Origin: an uncultured Mediterraneibacter sp.
Lineage (GTDB): Bacteria; Bacillota; Clostridia; Lachnospirales; Lachnospiraceae
Assembly: GCA_944383695.1 (NCBI GenBank)
Contig: CALWQP010000017.1
Coordinates: forward strand, 1 to 60,824
DNA: 60,824 bases
Reading direction: 5' to 3'
Shown: positions 54,431 to 60,824 of the stretch, one piece after another
How the letters are laid out: each line of letters begins with the position of its first letter
How positions within the stretch are numbered: the stretch's first letter is position 1
Position numbers and translations under genes: made by a program
Notes under the pieces: model-generated
What the model was told of the DNA's origin: nothing
The model's database searches: none
The model's input: only the letters and a program-made list of their open reading frames with translations

Positions 54431-55678
54431 ATGGGATTGAACAGACTGGATATATTCCAAAAGACGCTTACAGCGACAAATGTGAATGTGACTGTCCTGA
54501 AAAAGGACGGCTCTAATTTTTCGGAGACGGACAATGGATTCAGAAAACACTTGTTTGAGAATTTTGATTACAGTAAAACCTATGATTTTCTGACGCCTCA
54601 CTTTGTGCCCGGCACATTGATCCACTATATAGATGAGTTCAGCCTCCACTACATTTTCGTGGATATACCGGAGGAATTTCTCGGCTGTGATGACCTGCGC
54701 ATCACTGCCATCGGTCCTTTTTCGGATTACCGGATGGAGTATGACAGCATCCATGAGATCATGCGGAAAAACAAGATACCGGACCGCCTTTTTATTGATT
54801 TTTCCACCTTTTATAACTCCGTGCCCCTCATCCAGAAGGCAGACAACCTGCTGGGCATTGTACTGAATCTGGCGTCAGGGCTGTTTGAGCAGGAATATTC
54901 TATTTCCTTTTTCCCGCTCCAGGACAATCCATTCGGCAGTCTGGACTTTCAGGCAGACCAGCTCATGATCTATCCCCAGGTTGCCTCCTCCAGCATTGAG
55001 GAGCGCTATGATATTGAAAGCAAGCTGATGAGCGCGATCTCTGCCGGAAATTATGAACAGGCGCACAATTATCACCAGAAATTCACCAGCTATTATATCC
55101 AGCCAAGGACAAAGAACATGATCCGCAACCAGCAGAATTTCACGATCATTTTAAATACCCTGTGCCGGAAGGCAGTGCAGGCGGGCGGGGTCCACCCTCT
55201 GTACATCGACAGTCTGTCAACTAAGTTTGCCATCTCCATCAACAACACACTCTCCTTGAAAGAGTTCCCGGCGCTTTGCAGCAAAATGATCCACAAATAC
55301 TGCCTTTTAGTAAAAAATCATGCGATGAAGGGCTACTCTCCTGTCATTCGGGAGATTGTATCCTATATTGATTTTTGCTATATGGAAGATCTGAGCCTGA
55401 ATGTGTTCGCAGAGAAATTTAATATGACGAAGTCATACCTTTCGGCATTGTTTAAAAAAGAAACCGGCAGCACCCTGACAGATTATATTCATACGGTCAG
55501 GATGCGCCGCGCGATCACACTCATCAATTCATCCTCATCACCCATGGCTTCCATTGCCGCGGCGTGCGGGTATAATGATATCAACTATTTTATCAGAATG
55601 TTCAAGCGGGCGTACGGACTTTCACCTAAGCAGTATCAGAAAAGCGTGCTGTCTGCCCATACACAGGCACAGTTCTGA
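54431..55678 (+). CDS. AraC-family transcriptional regulator (N-terminal sensing domain plus C-terminal AraC HTH).
   Basis: C-terminal ...FAEKFNMTKSYLSALFKKETGSTLTDYIHTVRMRRAITLI...GYNDINYFIRMFKRAYGLSPKQY. The start at MGLNRLD has the RBS AAAGGA. Confidence 0.8.
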   Translation: MGLNRLDIFQKTLTATNVNVTVLKKDGSNFSETDNGFRKHLFENFDYSKTYDFLTPHFVPGTLIHYIDEFSLHYIFVDIPEEFLGCDDLRITAIGPFSDYRMEYDSIHEIMRKNKIPDRLFIDFSTFYNSVPLIQKADNLLGIVLNLASGLFEQEYSISFFPLQDNPFGSLDFQADQLMIYPQVASSSIEERYDIESKLMSAISAGNYEQAHNYHQKFTSYYIQPRTKNMIRNQQNFTIILNTLCRKAVQAGGVHPLYIDSLSTKFAISINNTLSLKEFPALCSKMIHKYCLLVKNHAMKGYSPVIREIVSYIDFCYMEDLSLNVFAEKFNMTKSYLSALFKKETGSTLTDYIHTVRMRRAITLINSSSSPMASIAAACGYNDINYFIRMFKRAYGLSPKQYQKSVLSAHTQAQF

Positions 55679-55705
55679 TCGTGTCATACTGAGAAAGAGT
55701 GGCTG

Positions 55706-56467
55706 CTAAAGCTGCCACTCTTTCATTAATTCAGCCTTTATTTTCAAAATATATCCTGCCAGTTCGCGGATTCTCTCCTCGCTCATCCGTCCCGCCGGAG
55801 CGGAGATGCTGAAAGCATACCTTCCATCCCCCGCAGGGATCTCAAACGCTGTGGCAATGCACCGGACGCCGACCTCATTTTCTTCGTTGTCCAGCGCATA
55901 GTCTCTCCGGCGTATCTCATGGATTTCCTCCTGAAACCGCTCGTAGTCAGTGATCGTGTGCTCCGTCAGAGCGCGGACGTCACTGTGCTCCCATATCTCT
56001 CTGACTTCCTGATCTTCCATCCGGGCAAGCATAGCCTTTCCAACACCTGAACAGTAAAGGGGCAGCCTGCTGCCGATCCTCGATACCATCTGGATGCCGT
56101 TGCCGGGAGCTTCTACTTTGTCTATATAAACTGCTTCGCACCCCTCCAGCCTGACGAAATGGACGGTCTCTACAGACATTTCCATCAGCCTGCGCAGATA
56201 CGGTCTTACGGTCTGGATCACGTCAATCCTTCCCATTATCTTGTTCGCTGTGGCAACGGTCTTTAATGTAGGCTCATACCGCCCATTTTCTTTATTCTGC
56301 TTCGCGTACCCCATGTAGATCAGGGAGTTTAAGACTCTGTGGGCGGTGCTCTTGTTAAGCCCCAGCATCTCGCTTACTTCTACCAGCCCCATGTCTCCGT
56401 GCTCGGCAAGCAGTTCCAGAGCGCCGAACAGCCGGTCCGCCACCTGTATGGGATTTTTGTTTTCCAT
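55706..56467 (-). CDS. kdgR: IclR-family transcriptional regulator (KdgR-like).
   Basis: IclR HTH (GLNKSTAHRVLNSLIYMGY) plus an effector domain. Divergent from eda-kdgK. Confidence 0.8.
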   Translation of the reverse strand: MENKNPIQVADRLFGALELLAEHGDMGLVEVSEMLGLNKSTAHRVLNSLIYMGYAKQNKENGRYEPTLKTVATANKIMGRIDVIQTVRPYLRRLMEMSVETVHFVRLEGCEAVYIDKVEAPGNGIQMVSRIGSRLPLYCSGVGKAMLARMEDQEVREIWEHSDVRALTEHTITDYERFQEEIHEIRRRDYALDNEENEVGVRCIATAFEIPAGDGRYAFSISAPAGRMSEERIRELAGYILKIKAELMKEWQL

Positions 56468-56484
56468 GATCCAGCCTCCAGTTT

Positions 56485-56651
56485 CATATTATGGAATGTA
56501 TTCTACCACAGCTTCCTTTCCCTTACAAGCGCTCGCTATTTTGAATTTGCCATGAGCAAGACATTTTTTAACGCTTGACATTTTCTGTTTCCATTGTATA
56601 CTTAAAAGCAGATATTCCATATTACAGAATACAGTTCCATATTACGAAACA
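56485..56651. promoter_or_regulatory. Divergent kdgR / eda-kdgK control region. An inverted pair of ~21-nt sites (ATGGAATGTATTCTA at 56494-56508 and CAGAATACAGTTCCAT at 56630-56645) lies with direct TTCCATATTAC repeats and an eda promoter TTGACA-16-TATACT.
   Basis: catattatggaatgtattcta ... atattccatattacagaatacagttccatattacg. Confidence 0.5.
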
Positions 56652-56660
56652 AAAGGAGAG

Positions 56661-57308
56661 GTGAAGATGAACGAAATATTAACGCAGATTGAAAACACCG
56701 GCATAGTACCGGTCGTTGTCCTGGATGATCCGAAAGACGCAGAACCGCTGGCGGAAGCGCTGTGCAGCGGAGGACTCCCCTGTGCGGAGGTGACCTTCCG
56801 CACCCCTGCCGCCGCCCAGTCCATCCGCATCATGTCGGAGAAATTTCCCCATATGCTCATCGGCGCCGGGACTGTCCTTACCACAGAGCAGGTAGACAGC
56901 GCTGTGGACGCCGGGGCGAAATTTATCGTAAGCCCCGGCTTGAATCCCCGCATTGTCAAATACTGCACAGAGCGGAACATCGTCATAACGCCGGGCTGTG
57001 CAAACCCAAGCGATGTGGAACAGGCGATCGAGAATGGCCTGGATGTGGTAAAGTTTTTCCCTGCTGAGCAGGCAGGCGGACTTGCCTATATCAAAGCCAT
57101 CGCAGCGCCCTACGCAGGGATAAAGTTCATGCCCACAGGCGGTATCAATCCCAAAAATGTCCGGGACTACCTTGCATATGACCGTATCCTCGCCTGCGGC
57201 GGAAGCTGGATGGTAAAGGGCGATCTGATCAGAGACGGAAAATTTGACGAAATCCGGGAACTTGTAAAAGAAGCAGTAAACATCGTAAAAGAAAGTCGGG
57301 GGAAATAA
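56661..57308 (+). CDS. eda: 2-dehydro-3-deoxy-phosphogluconate / 4-hydroxy-2-oxoglutarate aldolase.
   Basis: ...GLPCAEVTFRT..., ...GAGTVLT..., ...KFFPA... are KDPG aldolase class I motifs. Confidence 0.9.
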   Translation: MKMNEILTQIENTGIVPVVVLDDPKDAEPLAEALCSGGLPCAEVTFRTPAAAQSIRIMSEKFPHMLIGAGTVLTTEQVDSAVDAGAKFIVSPGLNPRIVKYCTERNIVITPGCANPSDVEQAIENGLDVVKFFPAEQAGGLAYIKAIAAPYAGIKFMPTGGINPKNVRDYLAYDRILACGGSWMVKGDLIRDGKFDEIRELVKEAVNIVKESRGK

Positions 57309-57309
57309 A

Positions 57310-58335
57310 ATGGCAAAAAGAATCGTTACTTTTGGTGAGATTATGTTGAGGCTTGCTCCTGAAGGATACAGCCGCTTTGTCCAGGCGGACACTTTCGGAG
57401 CCACATACGGCGGCGGAGAGGCAAATGTTGCGGTCTCTCTTGCCAACTATGGATTTGACGCCAGCTTTGTCACACGCCTCCCGGCTCATGAAATCGGACA
57501 GGCTGCTGTAAATTCTCTCAGGAAATATGGCGTTGACACTTCCCGCATCACTCGGGGCGGTGACAGGATCGGTATCTATTTTCTGGAAAAAGGTGCCTCC
57601 CAGCGCCCCTCCAAGGTCATTTATGACCGCGCTGGTTCTTCCATTGCAACGGCATCCCAGGATGATTTCAACTGGAAGGAAATCTTTGATGGGGCTGACT
57701 GGTTCCATTTCACAGGGATCACTCCTGCTCTTGGCGATAATGTGGCCGCCATCTGTCTGGATGCCTGCAAAGCGGCGCGCGCAGCCGGCGTCACCGTTTC
57801 CTGCGACCTGAATTACAGAAACAAACTGTGGTCCAAAGAAAAGGCAGGCAGAATCATGGGCGAACTGTGCAAATATGTGGATGTGTGCATTGCCAATGAG
57901 GAGGATGCTTTTGATGTATTCGGGATAAAATCAGCGGGCACTGATGTGACAAAAGGCGAGGTGAACCATCAGGGCTATGTGGACGTTGCCCGACAGCTGA
58001 CAGAAAGGTTCGGGTTCTCTAAAGTAGCCATCACCCTCAGAGAGTCGCTTTCCGCAAATGACAACAATTGGTCCGCCATGCTCTTTGACCGTACGGACGC
58101 ATTTTTCAGCAAAAAGTATAAGATACATATCGTGGACCGGGTAGGCGGAGGCGACAGCTTTGGCGGAAGTCTGATCTGCGCTCTGCTTAACGGCTATGAA
58201 CCCCGGAAGGCGATTGAATTTGCAGTTGCCGCGTCCTGTCTGAAACACTCCATCGAAGGGGATTACAATCTTGTGTCAGTTGAAGAAGTGCTGAAGCTTG
58301 CCGGGGGTGATGGATCGGGACGAGTGCAGAGATAG
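57310..58335 (+). CDS. kdgK: 2-dehydro-3-deoxygluconokinase (PfkB family).
   Basis: FGEIMLRL..., GGEANVA, the C-terminal GGGDSFGG anion hole and DTVGAGD-like motif. Confidence 0.9.
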   Translation: MAKRIVTFGEIMLRLAPEGYSRFVQADTFGATYGGGEANVAVSLANYGFDASFVTRLPAHEIGQAAVNSLRKYGVDTSRITRGGDRIGIYFLEKGASQRPSKVIYDRAGSSIATASQDDFNWKEIFDGADWFHFTGITPALGDNVAAICLDACKAARAAGVTVSCDLNYRNKLWSKEKAGRIMGELCKYVDVCIANEEDAFDVFGIKSAGTDVTKGEVNHQGYVDVARQLTERFGFSKVAITLRESLSANDNNWSAMLFDRTDAFFSKKYKIHIVDRVGGGDSFGGSLICALLNGYEPRKAIEFAVAASCLKHSIEGDYNLVSVEEVLKLAGGDGSGRVQR

Positions 58336-58512
58336 GGGATAGATAAGATTTTCAGAAAGGCTTAGGGTCTCTTCAGCCTCTGCATCCTGGACTAGACTAT
58401 TCGAGGAAATGTTTCCTTTCTATTCCATAAGGGTATAATAATGAAGTAAACCCCTTTTGTTAGACAACAATCTAATGAAAGGGGTTCACTTCGATCCTTT
58501 GACGTGGGGCGG

Positions 58513-58605
58513 TTACTTTTTCGTATGATTTATATATGCGATCAGAATCGTTACCACGATACTCAGTATCATTAGTACAAGGAAAAGCATTTCAAAATCA
58601 CTCAT
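58513..58605 (-). CDS. 30-aa hydrophobic peptide with a C-terminal KK, resembling type I toxin / holin-like toxin peptides. It is preceded by a very strong RBS and lies in an AT-rich island.
   Basis: MSDFEMLFLVLMILSIVVTILIAYINHTKK. The RBS GGAAAGGAGGG is 7 nt before the ATG. The 90-aa ORF in the track extends upstream in frame, probably spuriously. Confidence 0.45.
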   Translation of the reverse strand: MSDFEMLFLVLMILSIVVTILIAYINHTKK

Positions 58606-59257
58606 AAGCTTGCCCTCCTTTCCCGGATTTCTCCTTGTGGAGATTTCTATGTCCCTCACATTCCGTTCAAGGCAGTCTCCATTGTCTGCAATTGCATTTA
58701 CCTGATGAATCACCGCATTTCGTTCTTTCACCTTTTCCAGAAGTTTTACCTCGTTTAGATTCCGTTCGTATTTTGAAAAATACATAAGAAAGAAGGTATG
58801 GAAAATGTCAAGTAATTCAAGAATTACGGCACTTTAAAAGCCTATGCTTTCAAAATACGGAAGATACGAAAGAAATATTTGAAGGAACACAAGAGAATTT
58901 TATATTATCAGTTGCTCACCAGCGGAAAGTTATATGAACACCTTGCTCATATTGATATTTCTGCCTGTAATATGTCAAAATATCTCATCGGAGAAATGCC
59001 AAAAATCAAGGTGTAACGGAAAAATTGAAAGCTATGGATATGCTGAAATGGGTAGGAATGATGAATAACCTCCGCTCTTGTGCTGATGAAATTGTATTGG
59101 ATGATATTGTCTATGCTAAAAAATACTTTTAAGTTTTTTGTCATATAACAGTTAATATTTATCGTAATACAATAAATTTTTATTGCAAATTATAAGTTTG
59201 AGTGCTATTATGTAAGTAAAGATAATGATCTACTATTGTAACTGGAGGTAAATAGTT

Positions 59258-59737
59258 ATGGAACAAAAAACTTTATCAAAATGGTTAAAATGTATTTTGA
59301 TTGGTATTGGAATCTGTGGATTGGTTTTTTATGCGGTAGTAATCCCCATCTTTGGAATAGACTTACGATCACAATATCCCGAATTCTCAAATAGATTTTG
59401 GCCTTGGTTTGCTTTTATCTTAGTATCAGGTATTCCCTGTTTTGTAGTTCTTTCGCTTTCTTGGAAAATAGCTTCAAATATTGGACGGGACCAATCTTTT
59501 TCAGAAGCTAACGCTAAACTACTTAAATGGATTTCTGGTTGGTCGGCAGGAGATGCTATTTTCTTTTTCGTCGGTAATATTTTGTTGCTTTTATTTAATA
59601 TGAGCCATCCCAGTGTGGTACTTGCATCATTTGTTGTAGTATTTATAGGTGTTGCGGTTTCAGTAACTTCTGCAATATTATCGCATTTGGTAAAAAAAGC
59701 AGCTATATTACAGGATCAGAGTGACTGGACAATATAG
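59258..59737 (+). CDS. DUF2975-family membrane protein.
   Basis: Four TM segments. The gene order with a downstream short XRE HTH regulator is the characteristic DUF2975/YozG-like pair. RBS is TGGAGG. Confidence 0.65.
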   Translation: MEQKTLSKWLKCILIGIGICGLVFYAVVIPIFGIDLRSQYPEFSNRFWPWFAFILVSGIPCFVVLSLSWKIASNIGRDQSFSEANAKLLKWISGWSAGDAIFFFVGNILLLLFNMSHPSVVLASFVVVFIGVAVSVTSAILSHLVKKAAILQDQSDWTI

Positions 59738-59745
59738 GGGGGATT

Positions 59746-59964
59746 ATGATGGAAGGAGAAATCATTTTTAACATAGATGTTATGCTTGCAAAAAGAAAGA
59801 TGAGTGTTACAGAACTTGCCGAGCGTGTTGGAATAACGATTACAAATGTATCCGTGTTAAAAAACGGTAAGGCGAAAGCTATAAAAATTTCTACTCTTAT
59901 AAAATTATGCGAAGCTTTAAATTGTCAGCCTGGTGATATTTTAGAATACAGAAAGGACAAATGA
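59746..59964 (+). CDS. Small XRE-family helix-turn-helix transcriptional regulator (YozG-like).
   Basis: IIFNIDVMLAKRKMSVTELAERVGITITNVSVLKNGKAKAIKISTLIKLCEALNCQPGDILEY. Confidence 0.8.
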   Translation: MMEGEIIFNIDVMLAKRKMSVTELAERVGITITNVSVLKNGKAKAIKISTLIKLCEALNCQPGDILEYRKDK

Positions 59965-59965
59965 T

Positions 59966-60460
59966 GTGAAAAAAAGAATTAAATTTAAGATACCTTTGAT
60001 TGGGATATTACTTTCTTTTACGCTTTGCTTAAATGCCTGTAGTTCAGCAAATGCGTTCACAATTGTATCAAAGTCATTGAACATTGATATTTCTAATGCT
60101 GAAGAAATATCACATAAAGATAGTCACGGTGGATTTCACAATGACGGTATAACTTATATTGTTTTGAAATTTTCAGATGATAATTTGCTGAAACAATTGA
60201 GAGAAAACAAACAATGGAGTTCATTTCGTTTAGATGATAACATACAGACATTGGCATATGGTATGTCGAATGATGATAAAAGCATAGGACCTTTTTTAGG
60301 AGATATTGAATTGCCTGAAATCTATAATGGTTATTATTGTCTCATTGATAGACACAGCGATAAAGAAACTAACATTTTAGAGCGATCTTCCTTTAATTTT
60401 ACATTGGCTTTGTATGATATAGATACAAAAACTTTACATTTTTGTAAAGTGGACACTTAA
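59966..60460 (+). CDS. Hypothetical lipoprotein (signal peptide with an LNAC lipobox).
   Basis: MKKRIKFKIPLIGILLSFTLCLNAC...; AT-rich codon usage. Confidence 0.55.
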   Translation: MKKRIKFKIPLIGILLSFTLCLNACSSANAFTIVSKSLNIDISNAEEISHKDSHGGFHNDGITYIVLKFSDDNLLKQLRENKQWSSFRLDDNIQTLAYGMSNDDKSIGPFLGDIELPEIYNGYYCLIDRHSDKETNILERSSFNFTLALYDIDTKTLHFCKVDT

Positions 60461-60824
60461 AACACAGTGCCCCCTATTAACTGCATTTTTTCTACTACTT
60501 GCATTTGCGTCATATTTCTGGACATTCTGATTGTCTGGATATTTCTCCCTAAAGGTATATCTTGTAAAATCCACTGCATAATTGCTCTATCTCCATTTGT
60601 GGCTGTTTAGTAACTTACTGTTTTCAGTATATTTTCTAAACAAAAAACTCCTGCCACCTACTAGAAACAATCCTTAAACTGCTAGAGAACGATACAGAAT
60701 ATCAGAAAACTGCTGAAAAAGAGGGTATCGCTGAAAAAGCCTTTCTCGAATGCAATCAGCGGGCTCAAACAGACGGTTTTGCGGAGCAAAACGGACGCGA
60801 TGCGGAGCGAGCGGACTTAACCTG

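Noticed and set aside
58470-58500. tRNA T-arm-like GGGGTTCACTTCGATCC.
   Set aside because: No acceptor stem, D-arm or anticodon arm could be assembled around it. It forms the 3' arm of a simple hairpin.
58606-58785. The N-terminal 60 codons of the 90-aa minus-strand ORF upstream of the toxin-like peptide.
   Set aside because: The strong SD sits immediately before the internal ATG, and the upstream part has no features. It is likely a read-through frame in AT-rich DNA, but a longer protein cannot be excluded.

Overview
This 60.8-kb window is a Firmicutes/Clostridia chromosome segment of roughly 50% GC; the gene content suggests a Lachnospiraceae-like gut anaerobe, but that is inference. Most genes lie on the minus strand.

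Features in window order:
- (i) 1-435: a non-coding region with strong strand-composition asymmetry, tandem promoter-like direct repeats, and a bidirectional terminator.
- (ii) 565-3876: a three-gene module (TPM-domain protein, zinc-ribbon membrane protein, SPFH protein with C-terminal zinc ribbons) that resembles B. subtilis ydjGHI without pspA.
- (iii) 3977-7597: TfoX-N and GyrI-like proteins, a MATE efflux pump, a small GNAT and a CMD-family protein.
- (iv) 7747-8853: a histidine phosphatase immediately downstream of a decayed Rpn-family (PD-(D/E)XK) transposase remnant.
- (v) 9264-11221: a YtrA-type GntR regulator with an ABC ATPase and an ABC-2 permease, with a nested palindromic operator.
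- (vi) 11323-19063: a thioesterase, radA, an unknown protein, clpC preceded by a GntR-family gene (no ctsR), and htpG with a CIRCE element.
- (vii) 19239-25088: SMR efflux, a truncated DUF3267 fragment, a GNAT, cyclophilin, deoB, an MsmK-like sugar ABC ATPase, a PucR-family regulator and a membrane protein.
- (viii) 25240-28810: purD, purN, purM and purE.
- (ix) 28867-31837: a large M29 aminopeptidase, a small membrane protein and VanZ.
- (x) 31980-35992: pyrF-pyrK-pyrD-(DUF2871 membrane protein)-pyrE-(49-aa TM peptide).
- (xi) 36173-37845: three membrane proteins (zinc-ribbon plus Q/N/Y-rich linker plus CD225; DUF2752; zinc-ribbon plus Q/N-rich linker plus DUF4234).
- (xii) 37981-38598: an ECF S component.
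- (xiii) 38694-41429: a 911-aa gene that fuses a complete TetM/EF-G-type translational GTPase to a C-terminal YacP/Rae1-like NYN RNase domain, with its own extended -10 promoter. This is the most unusual feature in the window.
- (xiv) 41700-44141: directly upstream, a preQ1-I riboswitch-controlled queuosine-salvage-like operon (nucleoside hydrolase, QueT-like ECF S component, small radical-SAM-like Cx4Cx2C protein).
- (xv) 44198-58335: a glucuronide utilisation locus, comprising HAD, GH3, GPH symporter, GH2 beta-glucuronidase, uxuA, uxuB-like, uxaC, an AraC regulator, IclR/KdgR, eda and kdgK.
- (xvi) 58336-60650: an AT-rich, probably horizontally acquired island with a 30-aa hydrophobic toxin-like peptide, a DUF2975 protein paired with an XRE HTH regulator, and a lipoprotein.

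No rRNA, tRNA or CRISPR array was recognised.
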